Shown here one piece after another: positions 29,472 through 38,279 of a stretch of 49,512 nucleotides of DNA. Both the position numbers and the translations under genes were made by a program. A model generated the notes under the pieces. It was given only the letters and a program-made list of their open reading frames with translations. It had not been told where the DNA came from and searched no databases. The stretch covers positions 1 through 49,512 of the forward strand of contig CAZWAO010000001.1 in assembly GCA_964631815.1 (NCBI GenBank). The letters run 5' to 3'. The first letter of the stretch is position 1, and every line of letters starts with the position of its first letter. The stretch is from an uncultured Ignavibacteria bacterium. Lineage in GTDB: Bacteria > Zixibacteria > MSB-5A5 > SM1-73.

Positions 29472-31370
29472 TCAGCGCGGTAGAGACGCCAGAAGCTTCC
29501 GCGCTTCCTTTTTCTCCTCGTACCCGGCAGGCAAGGCTAAGACTTCCTCCAGATAGCGTTCGGCCATAGCCTGATCGTTTTTCTCCCGGTATGCCTGCGC
29601 CAGGGCCAGAGATATCCTGCTCTGATACAGCGGCCTCTCTTCCAGAAACTCGGCTATTTGATAGAAGTGGATGGCCGAGTCTACCTCGCCCACGTGAAAG
29701 AAACACTCGCCCAGCCTGTAATAGGGAATGGGCTTGCCGGTGAATTCGACAATGAAGCGCCTTCCGTAAAAGAGCGCGTCCTCGTAGTTCTTGTGGGCCT
29801 CTTTCTCCCGGCCCAGCTTCTGGTAGATCGTTCCCAGGTCCAGGTAGATTTCCAGCCTAAGCTGTGTGCCGGGATCCCGAAGCAATGCCTCGTTGAGCTG
29901 CTTCTCCGCCAGAAGGAGATCTCCGTTTAGTGTCTGCAGTTCGGCCAGCCTGATGCGCGGCTCCACGTAGGAGGAATCCAAATCTATGACTTTCCGGTAA
30001 TAGGCCATGGCCCGGCTGTACTCGCCCTTAATCCGCTCGATGTTTCCCAGGGTATTCAAATATTCCAGGTTCAGGGTGTCGCGGCTTAGGACCTCCTGGT
30101 AGTATCTCTCCGCCATGTCGTAGTTGCCCTGAAGGTAGTAAACGTAAGCCAAGCTGCGGAGAATCCCCACCTGTCTGCCATATAGATTCAGCATGTCTTC
30201 ATACAACTGAGTTGCCTCATCATAATGCAGGTTGGCCGTCTTGACCTGGGCGGCATAGTAGAAATCCGATATGCTGTCTCGGTATCCTTCCAGAAAGGAA
30301 AGCCACTCTTTCTCCAGCGTGCCCAGATCCTCCTGGTACACTTCCCGAAAATCACTCTCCAAGGTCAAGTCGGTGGACTTTTGATACAGGTTCTTGAATT
30401 TATCTTGGTTGTATGCGGTAACTAAGAATCTGGTGAAGGAGCTGGCTTCCCAGAAACCCACGTCCGTCGGCTGGTTTCTGTAATCCTTGGTGACCAGAAG
30501 CTTCCTTAAAGGTACCCATCTGCGGGAGGCGATCAGCTTCTGGGTGAAATGATGCGATAGGGAAAAATAGTTGCCGATGCCCTCCGCCAGCATGGGGGGC
30601 GCGTAACCCCAGAGCCGGTAGAAAAGAAGAAATCCCACGCCGGGGGAATCCAAGCTCCGCTCGGTGAGATTGTAAACGGCGTAGAGTTTGTTGCGCACCG
30701 GGTCCAGGCCGATGTCGAACCGATCGTCCCAGGTGATCTCGGGCACCCGGCAGGGAAGCAGGTAATACTCCATCCGATCCATGGCCGGCTGGGTGAATCC
30801 AAACACGTCACGAAACCGTCTGTATTCGGTCTCCCCTTCCCCTTTCAATCTGGACCAGTGCAGATCAGCCAGCGAGTTGAGAAGGTAGCGAAAGAAGAAA
30901 TGAGAACTGGGAAGTTCATCCCATTCATCTGCCTCCTTGTTCCGGCTGTCTAAGTCGCATTCCGAATCCGGCACGTCCCTGATTTCGGAGGTGAGGTAAA
31001 CCCGGAAGACCCGGTCTCCTTTTACCCGAACTTCGTCCAGCAAGAAAGTCTCGCCGTCTTTGACCAGAACTTCCTTGAATACGGTCTGGGGCTGAGGGGG
31101 TAAGGTGATCAGGCTCAAATCCAGCGTGGCATTTTCGCTGTCAATTATCTCCGGCGTCACAGTCAGGGTGAAATTGGCCAGAAAGGATGCTTTCTGTTTA
31201 CCATCGGGGAACTGCACTTCTCTTTGATCGATGAGCTTGAAGCTGGTGGTGTCCGAGGAGATTCCCTCCTCCACCCTGATAGTTAGCACCACTCCCTGAG
31301 AGGCCCAGGCCTTTATCGGGCTGAATAAAAGTGCCGAAATTAAGAGGAGCAAATACACTTTCAATCTCAT
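29472..31370 (-). CDS. Secreted TPR-repeat protein with a ~350-aa non-TPR N-terminal region
   Basis: 632 aa. GAGGAGAGGG Shine-Dalgarno, signal peptide MRLKVYLLLLISALLFSPIKAWA. The C-terminal half holds multiple TPR units (AQVKTANLHYDEATQLYEDML, LQGNYDMAERYYQEVL, etc.). Confidence 0.8.
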   Translation of the reverse strand: MRLKVYLLLLISALLFSPIKAWASQGVVLTIRVEEGISSDTTSFKLIDQREVQFPDGKQKASFLANFTLTVTPEIIDSENATLDLSLITLPPQPQTVFKEVLVKDGETFLLDEVRVKGDRVFRVYLTSEIRDVPDSECDLDSRNKEADEWDELPSSHFFFRYLLNSLADLHWSRLKGEGETEYRRFRDVFGFTQPAMDRMEYYLLPCRVPEITWDDRFDIGLDPVRNKLYAVYNLTERSLDSPGVGFLLFYRLWGYAPPMLAEGIGNYFSLSHHFTQKLIASRRWVPLRKLLVTKDYRNQPTDVGFWEASSFTRFLVTAYNQDKFKNLYQKSTDLTLESDFREVYQEDLGTLEKEWLSFLEGYRDSISDFYYAAQVKTANLHYDEATQLYEDMLNLYGRQVGILRSLAYVYYLQGNYDMAERYYQEVLSRDTLNLEYLNTLGNIERIKGEYSRAMAYYRKVIDLDSSYVEPRIRLAELQTLNGDLLLAEKQLNEALLRDPGTQLRLEIYLDLGTIYQKLGREKEAHKNYEDALFYGRRFIVEFTGKPIPYYRLGECFFHVGEVDSAIHFYQIAEFLEERPLYQSRISLALAQAYREKNDQAMAERYLEEVLALPAGYEEKKEARKLLASLPR

Positions 31371-31387
31371 TAGTCCCTCTCCTCGAC

Positions 31388-32380
31388 TTAGAAATTCCGT
31401 ATGCCGGTAAGGCTTGACTCGCAGCGGCGACTGCCAGGGCGCCCCTTCAAAAGAGTACGTAAAACATGCAAATTCTGGATGTCCTTTTCATTGCCTCCCT
31501 CCTTGGGAGTCTCCAGAATCTTGGGCACGTGGTTCCATCGCTCATCTTTCATCAGCAAACGGAAGGCCTCAAGGCCGATTTCTCCCTGCCCGATGTGTTG
31601 ATGCCGGTCTACATGGGAGGCCAACGGCTTCATGGAATCGTTTGCATGTATAGCCATAAGCCTTGACAGGCCAACGACTTTTTCAAATCCCACGAAGGTC
31701 GCATCGTACGCCCTTCTGGTTCTTATATCGTAGCCGGCAGCGAATATGTGGCAGGTATCCAAACACACCCCTAGTCTTTGGCTCTCCTCGGTCCCCTCGA
31801 TGATCTGAGCCAGATGTTCGAAGCGATAACCTATGCTGGTTCCCTGCCCGGCAGTAGTCTCTAACAGGATTTTCACCTCGTATCCCCGGGTTCGGTCGTG
31901 GAGCCAGTCCAGCGAATCGATTACCCTTTGTATTCCTTGTCCTTCACCGCTACCCACGTGCGAACCGGGATGCATTACCAGGTATGGCAAACCCAACATC
32001 TCCGCTCGTTTCAACTCCACCAACATGGAATCCCGTGACATGCTATATACGTCCTTCTCAGGAGAAGCCAGGTTGATGAGATACCCGGTGTGACCCAATA
32101 CGGGTGATATTCCCGTTTCCATTTGATGATCCAAGAATCTCCTCGCCTCCTTCGAGGTCAGCCCCTTGGCCTTCCACTGATTGTTGTTCTTTGTGAAAAT
32201 CTGTATGGTTCTGCATCCCAACTCCTGCCCCCGTAGGAGAGCATTGGACAATCCTCCGGCGATGGACATGTGCGCGCCAATCAATGGATAATTTGCCATA
32301 GTCTGCTTTAGCCCGTTGGTTGTGCCAGAGGCTTTTCCGGTCCGATCAGACCCTATCCGCTTAATCCGTTGACCGGCCAT
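31388..32380 (-). CDS. nfo: Endonuclease IV (AP endonuclease family 2)
   Basis: IGAHMSIAGG...IQIFTKNNNQW...HTGYLINLASP...LVMHPGSH...LLETTAGQG...VCLDTCHIFAAGYD...IHANDS. ATG 32380 abuts the DUF58 stop. The conserved core begins at ATG 32299, which is an alternative start. Confidence 0.9.
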   Translation of the reverse strand: MAGQRIKRIGSDRTGKASGTTNGLKQTMANYPLIGAHMSIAGGLSNALLRGQELGCRTIQIFTKNNNQWKAKGLTSKEARRFLDHQMETGISPVLGHTGYLINLASPEKDVYSMSRDSMLVELKRAEMLGLPYLVMHPGSHVGSGEGQGIQRVIDSLDWLHDRTRGYEVKILLETTAGQGTSIGYRFEHLAQIIEGTEESQRLGVCLDTCHIFAAGYDIRTRRAYDATFVGFEKVVGLSRLMAIHANDSMKPLASHVDRHQHIGQGEIGLEAFRLLMKDERWNHVPKILETPKEGGNEKDIQNLHVLRTLLKGRPGSRRCESSLTGIRNF

Positions 32381-33280
32381 CTACCACAGCCTCTGCCTTT
32401 TGCTTAAGTAGGAAAACAGGGCGTAATCGAAGGGAATCGAAGTGTCTAAAAGCACATAGTCGATCAGGCTCTCCCGGCACTGAAGCGTATACTTGGTCAC
32501 CAGGGCCTTAAACCTCTCCTCGTATTCCTTCCTTATCTGCCAGGGAGAGGTCATCAACTCCTCATCCGTCTCTAAGTCCTTGAAGACCGCCAGCTCGGGG
32601 AAGGCAAAGGTGCGCTCCTTGGGATCCAGCACGTGAAACACGATCACCTCGTGCTTCTTGTGGCGAAAGTGCTTCAGCCCGTTTAGCACCTTGTCCGGAT
32701 CGTCGAACAAATCGGATATCAAAATGATCAGACCGCGCCTTTTAATCCTCTCCGCCATTTCGTGCAGCGCCGAGCTGATGTTGGTGGTCAGAGATGGCTG
32801 CAGTTTGTCCAGTTCCTGCAGGATAACGTGCAAATGGCTTCGCAGGGCCGACTTGGGCGGGATGTATTTCTTTATCTTCTCATCGAAAAGAACCAAGCCC
32901 ACCGAATCCCGCTGCTTGAGCATCAGGTAGGACAATGCCGCGGAGAGATAGCAGCCGTACTCCAGCTTGTTGGGACTCTGGGAGCCGTATCCCATGGAGC
33001 CTGAAGTGTCGATCAAAAGGTAAGCTTTGAGATTGGTTTCCTCCTCGAATTCCTTGATGAAGAACCGATCGGTCTTGGCGTATACTTTCCAATCCACGTT
33101 TTTCAAGGGATCGCCCGGCATATACTGCCGGTGCTCGGCAAATTCCACCGAAAAACCGTGATAGGGACTCTTGTGCAGTCCGGCGATGAACCCCTCCACC
33201 ACCAGCCGGGCCCTCATCTCCATGCCGGACAGCTTGGACACGACGTCCGGCTTTAAGAATCTGCGATAGTCCTCTGGCAT
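32381..33280 (-). CDS. DUF58 domain protein (MoxR-associated, vWA-like)
   Basis: 299 aa. KSPYHGFSVEFAEHRQYMPGDPLKNVDWKVYAKTDRFFIKEFEEETN and LLIDTSGSMGYGS are hallmarks of DUF58. Confidence 0.9.
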   Translation of the reverse strand: MPEDYRRFLKPDVVSKLSGMEMRARLVVEGFIAGLHKSPYHGFSVEFAEHRQYMPGDPLKNVDWKVYAKTDRFFIKEFEEETNLKAYLLIDTSGSMGYGSQSPNKLEYGCYLSAALSYLMLKQRDSVGLVLFDEKIKKYIPPKSALRSHLHVILQELDKLQPSLTTNISSALHEMAERIKRRGLIILISDLFDDPDKVLNGLKHFRHKKHEVIVFHVLDPKERTFAFPELAVFKDLETDEELMTSPWQIRKEYEERFKALVTKYTLQCRESLIDYVLLDTSIPFDYALFSYLSKRQRLW

Positions 33281-33396
33281 TGTCTTATCCTGTCTTTACT
33301 CGGATCATGCAAGCGTCAAACCCAGGCTTTACGTCCAGACCGTAAGATCACCTGAAACCGCTTGCCAGTCCGAGACCGAAGTTCGGCCCACGAAAG

Positions 33397-33900
33397 TCAA
33401 GGCGTCGGCTCTCTCTCCGCTATCTTCCGCTCAAGCGCCTGGGCCAAATCCGAATTGAGGCTCTTCAGAAAGGCCACTTCGGCTTCCGCCTTCTCCGGCT
33501 CACCCTGATACAGATAAGCCATGCCCAGGTTGTAATGCGCCTTCTTGTCCCAGTAGTTGAGCTCGATCACCTTCTTAAAATTCTCTATGGCCCGGTCAAA
33601 GTCTTTCATGCCCAGGTATACAGATCCTATATTGGTGTAAGCCTGGACGTAGTGGGGATCAACTTCCAGCGCCTTCCGGTATTCATCCAGAGCCTTATCC
33701 GCATTGCCTTGGGCCTGATACTGGAAGCCCTTCTTAAAATGCTTTTCCGCTTGCTTCTCCTTGTTGGCGCAACCGGAGACCAGACACAGGCCGAAGCAAA
33801 GGAGTAAACTTATCAGCAGGTATCCCCACCTCACGACGATCTTTTTGTCGTCGACCTTTGGTGCCGGTTCACACGGAGAGAATAACCGGATTCTGCGCAT
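33397..33900 (-). CDS. TPR-repeat lipoprotein (BatC-like)
   Basis: Lipobox LVSGC after a hydrophobic segment. Three to four TPR units (ADKALDEYRKALEVDPHYVQAYTNIGSVYL...). The start is taken at ATG 33900; the ORF track gives 33960. Confidence 0.7.
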   Translation of the reverse strand: MRRIRLFSPCEPAPKVDDKKIVVRWGYLLISLLLCFGLCLVSGCANKEKQAEKHFKKGFQYQAQGNADKALDEYRKALEVDPHYVQAYTNIGSVYLGMKDFDRAIENFKKVIELNYWDKKAHYNLGMAYLYQGEPEKAEAEVAFLKSLNSDLAQALERKIAEREPTP

Positions 33901-34105
33901 TCTGTTGTTTATACTCTCTTGAGCCTTCCATGACTCAGACAAAATCTCCACCTTTCGCAAAAAGGTGACCCATCGGACATTGGTCTATATGTTTTACTTG
34001 AATTGACCTTACAAGATTTGCCTCCACAGCTGCTCGTTAGTCGATTCGGCTGCGACCGGATTGGCTTCCGCCCCTTGACCCCTGTTCTAAGCATCCACCT
34101 CCCGA

Positions 34106-34924
34106 TCAGGTCTTCTTGCTCTGAACCTGCTCGGCTTTCAGCGATAGGGACAAAAGGAAAGCTGTGCCGGCGACTAAGATGATGGTAGCCCCGGATGCCA
34201 GATTGAGGACGGCGGAAAGAAAAAGTCCGCAGAAGGTGAAGACCATTCCCAAAAGCACGGAGAGGATCATCATCTTCTTCAGATTATGCGTGAAGCGGGC
34301 GCTGATGGCGGCGGGGATGGTTAAAAGTGCAATCACCAGGATGATGCCCACGATTCTTATCAGCACCACCACGGTCAGCGCGATTAAGCCCAGAAGAAGG
34401 AAATACAGCTTGTTCACCGGAACCCCCGCCACCACGGCAAACTCCTCGTCGAAGGAGAAGGCCAGAAATTCCTTGTACAGAACTGACACCACCAGAATGA
34501 TGATGGCCGCTAAGATCATCATGGCCACCACGTCGGTAAACGGTACGGTGAGGATGTTGCCGAAAAGATAGCTGAAAAGGTCGGGGGCATAACCCGGGCT
34601 TAAGCCCACGAAGACCACTCCCAAAGCCATGCCTATGGCCCACATGATGCCGATGGCGGTATCCTGCCTGAGGCTGGTCCACCTGCTCACCCCGCCTATG
34701 CTGAAAGCGGAAGCCAAAGAGAAGAAGACCGCTCCCCAGATGGGATTGATTCCCAACAGGTACCCCAACCCAATTCCGCCGAAGGATGCATGTGATATCC
34801 CCCCGCTGATGAAAACGATCCGGTTGACCACCACGTAGGGACCAATGATGCCGCACACCACGCTGGCCAATATTCCGGCGACCAAGGCATTTCGCATGAA
34901 ATCGAACTGCAGAAGCTCGGTCAC
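34106..34924 (-). CDS. Metal (Zn/Mn) ABC transporter permease, ABC-3 family (ZnuB-like)
   Basis: VTELLQFDFMRNALVAGILASVVCGIIGPYVV..., polytopic. GTG 34924 overlaps the upstream TGA as GTGA, which suggests translational coupling. The ORF-track start at 34990 is an out-of-context extension. Confidence 0.88.
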   Translation of the reverse strand: MTELLQFDFMRNALVAGILASVVCGIIGPYVVVNRIVFISGGISHASFGGIGLGYLLGINPIWGAVFFSLASAFSIGGVSRWTSLRQDTAIGIMWAIGMALGVVFVGLSPGYAPDLFSYLFGNILTVPFTDVVAMMILAAIIILVVSVLYKEFLAFSFDEEFAVVAGVPVNKLYFLLLGLIALTVVVLIRIVGIILVIALLTIPAAISARFTHNLKKMMILSVLLGMVFTFCGLFLSAVLNLASGATIILVAGTAFLLSLSLKAEQVQSKKT

Positions 34925-35688
34925 TGCTCGTCCTCGTGTGTCTTGAGAACCCGGTGGGGTACTCCGTGAGCGATCATCTCCACCGGGCATTGGTAGGTCT
35001 CCATCAACTCCTCCGGCGTAACCTCCCGGGAATTGTGATAGAACAGCTTCCGGTTGAGGCAGGCGATTTTGTCCACGTGCACCGATACCGCACCCACGTC
35101 GTGGGAGACCAGGATAATGGCCATCTTGTGTTTCAACTCGCCCAACAGCTCATAAAATCCCGTCTGCATGCGGGCATCCACGCTGGACGTAGGCTCGTCT
35201 AAAATCAACAGCCGGGGTTCGCTCACCAGTGCTCTGGCCAAGAGGACCCTCTGCTGTTGCCCTCGGGAGAGCTTCCCTATCTGCCGACGGCCCAGCTCCC
35301 ACATTCCCACGGTCTTTAGGGCATTTTGGGTAATCTCCCTGTCTTTGGCGTCATATTTCCTGAAAAGCCCGGAGTGTCGGTATCGTCCCATCAGTACCAC
35401 TTCCTCCACGCTCACCGGGAAATCGAAGTCAAAACGGCTATGCTGGGGAACGTATCCCACGAACTTCCTTGCTTTCTCCGGAGTAGTATCGAAAACCTTT
35501 ATCTCTCCTGTCCGGGGATGTACCAAACCAAGGATAAGCTTGAGCAGCGTGGTCTTTCCTCCCCCGTTGGGTCCCATTATCCCCAGGAAGTCGTTCTGAT
35601 AGACCGAGAGATTAACCCCCTCCAGAACCACCAGGCCCTCATAGGCCACCCAGACTTCATTCAACTTTACGATCTGCTCGGAATCCAT
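34921..35688 (-). CDS. Metal ABC transporter ATP-binding protein (ZnuC-like)
   Basis: 255 aa. Walker A GPNGGGKTT, signature LSRGQQQRV, Walker B LLILDEP. Confidence 0.9.
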   Translation of the reverse strand: MDSEQIVKLNEVWVAYEGLVVLEGVNLSVYQNDFLGIMGPNGGGKTTLLKLILGLVHPRTGEIKVFDTTPEKARKFVGYVPQHSRFDFDFPVSVEEVVLMGRYRHSGLFRKYDAKDREITQNALKTVGMWELGRRQIGKLSRGQQQRVLLARALVSEPRLLILDEPTSSVDARMQTGFYELLGELKHKMAIILVSHDVGAVSVHVDKIACLNRKLFYHNSREVTPEELMETYQCPVEMIAHGVPHRVLKTHEDEQ

Positions 35689-35691
35689 AGG

Positions 35692-36555
35692 TTATCTCAT
35701 GGCTTGAACCAACCGCCCTACCACAGTCCGCATGTCGGCCAGATAATGCTCCGGCAGGGGATCCAAAAGCTCCATGGAACCGCCGATCTCGTGAGCCACC
35801 ACCTCGGCGCCTTTGGTCGAAAACTGCGGCGACACGAAAACGATCTTGTGACGCATGCCCTTGCTCTTATCGACTACCTCCTTGATGTTATCCGCCGTGG
35901 TCTCCTTGCCCTCCTCCTCTACTGCTATTTGTTCCAGATCGTAATCTCTGGCCAGATAGCCCCAGGCCGGATGATAGACGATGAACCTTCTGTCCGTCAA
36001 ACCATTCAGTCGTTCTCTCGTGTTTCGGTCAAGCTCATCCAGCTGTTCCAGGAACTTGTTCTTGTTGGTAATGTAATAGTCCTGATTTTGGGGGTCCAAA
36101 CTGACCAGACCGTCACAGATGTTGGTCACCATCTTCTTGGCGTTGGAAGGAGAAAGCCACACATGCGGGTCTTTTCCCATAAGCCGTATGCCCTGGGAGC
36201 TGTTTACCACCAACATGTCTTTGTTGATCTTCATCAGCTTGTCCATCCAGGCCAGCTCGAATTCCACATCAGTCCCCACCTCGACGAACATTCGGGCTTT
36301 GCTCACGGCAACCAACTGCGAGGGTTTGGGCTCATAGCTGTGGGGACTGGCACCCGGCGGAACCATTACCGTCACATTTACCTTGTCCCCTCCCGCCTGT
36401 TCCACAAAATCCGCCAAAGGAAGAATGCTTACCACCACTGCCAATCTGCTCACTTCCGCAGTCTTCTTTCCGCAAGACCACGTAAGTGAGAATGCGGCAA
36501 TCGCAAGCAGGAAGATGACGATACGGGGTATCCGGTTTGCCAACCGTCTGATCAT
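35692..36555 (-). CDS. Metal ABC transporter substrate-binding lipoprotein (ZnuA/TroA family)
   Basis: 287 aa. Lipobox LTWSCG. VVVSILPLADFVEQAGGDKV...GASPHSYEPKPSQ...DPHVWLSP...HPAWGYLARDY. No His-rich loop, so the metal specificity is open. Confidence 0.88.
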   Translation of the reverse strand: MIRRLANRIPRIVIFLLAIAAFSLTWSCGKKTAEVSRLAVVVSILPLADFVEQAGGDKVNVTVMVPPGASPHSYEPKPSQLVAVSKARMFVEVGTDVEFELAWMDKLMKINKDMLVVNSSQGIRLMGKDPHVWLSPSNAKKMVTNICDGLVSLDPQNQDYYITNKNKFLEQLDELDRNTRERLNGLTDRRFIVYHPAWGYLARDYDLEQIAVEEEGKETTADNIKEVVDKSKGMRHKIVFVSPQFSTKGAEVVAHEIGGSMELLDPLPEHYLADMRTVVGRLVQAMR

Positions 36556-36679
36556 CTATAAGTTCTGATCCGATGAGTTCTGGGATTTCCCCTCTTTGAG
36601 CCGGCTGCGCCCGACAGCGCCCCACTTTTCCCGTTCGCGGAAGAGGACGGGACTCCATCGGTTTGCGGGAAGCAAGCGC

Positions 36680-37675
36680 TCAATCCTGCTTTACATCATT
36701 CAAGAGTCGTTCTATGATGTCCAGCGTCCCTACTCCGTCAGCCTCGGCATTAAAAGAGGTGACGATGCGGTGCCGGAGAACCGGCCGGGCAGCGGCCCGG
36801 ACGTCTTCCACGGAGGGCGTGTATCTGCCGTCTAAGATGGCGCGCGTCTTGGCCCCCAAAATCATGTATTGAGAGGCGCGTGGTCCGGCACCCCAGTTGA
36901 CCCAGTTCTTGATGTAAGACAGGGAGTTGTTCTCATTCGGCCTGGTAGCCCGGGCCAGCCTGACTGCATAGGCCACCACGTGATCCGATACCGGCACCCG
37001 ACGGGCCAGCTTCTGAAGAGCAACTATCTCCTCCCCCCCCATGATCTTGCCCAGGTCCCAATCATAGGCGCTGGTGGTCGACTTGACTATGGTGCTCTCC
37101 TCTTCCTCGGAGGGATAGTCCACGTAGATGTTGAACATGAAACGATCCAACTGGGCTTCGGGAAGCGGATAGGTTCCCTCCAGCTCGATCGGATTCTGAG
37201 TGGCCAGAACGAAAAACGGCTCCGCCAGCTTGTAGGTTTCGCCTCCGGCGGTCACCTCGTGCTCCTGCATGGCCTGCAAGAGCGCGGCCTGGGTCTTGGG
37301 CGGCGTCCGGTTTATCTCGTCGGCCAGCACGATATTGGCAAAGACCGGGCCCTTGACGAACTTGAAGGTTCTCTCTCCAGTGGCACCGCCCTCCTGAATG
37401 ATCTCCGTGCCGGTGATGTCCGAAGGCATCAAATCCGGCGTGAACTGGATGCGGTTGAATTTCAGATCCAGAATCCTGGATATGGTGGATATCATCAGGG
37501 TTTTGGCCAGTCCGGGAACCCCGATCAAAAGACAATGACCGTTGGACAAAAGTGCAATCAGGAGCTCGTCGATCACCCGCTCTTGTCCCACGATCACCTT
37601 CTTGATCTCGTTTTTGATTCTGTTGCGAGCTTCGTTGAGCTTCTCTACCGCTTGCAGATCCTGTTTCTCCGCCAT
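36680..37675 (-). CDS. MoxR-family AAA+ ATPase
   Basis: ATG 37675 is preceded by AGGAGG. VIVGQERVIDELLIALLSNGHCLLIGVPGLAKT (Walker A), VLADEINRTPPKTQAALLQAMQE (Walker B / AAA_3). Confidence 0.92.
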   Translation of the reverse strand: MAEKQDLQAVEKLNEARNRIKNEIKKVIVGQERVIDELLIALLSNGHCLLIGVPGLAKTLMISTISRILDLKFNRIQFTPDLMPSDITGTEIIQEGGATGERTFKFVKGPVFANIVLADEINRTPPKTQAALLQAMQEHEVTAGGETYKLAEPFFVLATQNPIELEGTYPLPEAQLDRFMFNIYVDYPSEEEESTIVKSTTSAYDWDLGKIMGGEEIVALQKLARRVPVSDHVVAYAVRLARATRPNENNSLSYIKNWVNWGAGPRASQYMILGAKTRAILDGRYTPSVEDVRAAARPVLRHRIVTSFNAEADGVGTLDIIERLLNDVKQD

Positions 37676-37749
37676 GTTTTCCTCCTGAGTAGTCAATACT
37701 AATATACATTCGAAGCTTCAGGATAATTGAACCTTTTTTAAGAAATCGG

Positions 37750-38049
37750 GTGCGCGAATGCTCCCGCATGCGGCGAGTGTGGCAGGTCAAAATTTGCGAC
37801 AGCTGGGGCACAGTAACTTGGCCGAATGAAACCCGGCAGTTCGTCTATTTCATCCATCGGGATGCCAACGGAAACGGGTCGATCAACCTGGAAGATGCGA
37901 TTTGTCTTCTCAACTATCTATTCAGAAACGATGACCCTCCAGATCCTCTGGGAGCGGGGGATGCCAATTGTGATGGAATAGTCGAACTGGGTGACGCCAT
38001 CTACCTGCTGAACTATCTGTTCAAGGGCGGAGACCCGCCCGAGTGTTAG
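37750..38049 (+). pseudogene. Orphan dockerin-only ORF (93-99 aa, no signal peptide): either a gene remnant or a stand-alone dockerin
   Basis: The C-terminal 63 aa (37858-38046) read [63 protein letters not shown], about 70% identical by eye to the M6 protease dockerin. The N-terminal 30-36 aa have no signal peptide or recognisable domain. Start candidates are GTG 37750 or ATG 37768, without a clear Shine-Dalgarno. Confidence 0.5.
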
Positions 38050-38060
38050 CACGAACGTAG

Positions 38061-38270
38061 GGGCGAATCTTTAGATTCGCCCGCCATAAGTAAAGAAGAG
38101 AACCGATTGACTCTTTTTGCCCCTCTCTCCATATTTATGGAGAGGGGGACCACAGGGGAAGAGGTAATTGAAAAGGGCGGAGCTTAAGCTCCGCCCCTAC
38201 ATCTAAATCAATCCTTAAGGGTTCGGGCGGAGGTTACACGGACGTGCCCGTCTGGGAACCCCGCCCGAAC
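38061..38270. repeat. Cluster of four strong palindromic hairpins in a convergent intergenic region
   Basis: 38061-38082 is GGGCGAATCT/AGATTCGCCC. 38121-38148 is CCCTCTCTCCAT-ATTT-ATGGAGAGGGGG. 38175-38196 is GGGCGGAGCTTAAGCTCCGCCC. 38221-38270 is GTTCGGGCGG...CCGCCCGAAC with inner pairing. Confidence 0.75.
38171..38196 (-). terminator. Probable abfD terminator (hairpin 3 plus a short U-tract on the minus strand)
   Basis: A perfect 22-nt palindrome is followed on the minus strand by TTTTC. Confidence 0.4.
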
Positions 38271-38279
38271 GTTATTCTG

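Noticed and set aside
35326-37811. Long ORFs (387, 277 and 249 aa) overlapping the ZnuC/ZnuA and MoxR genes in other frames
   Set aside because: The annotated frames carry Walker, signature and lipobox motifs. The alternatives are Arg/Gly/His-rich shadow ORFs.
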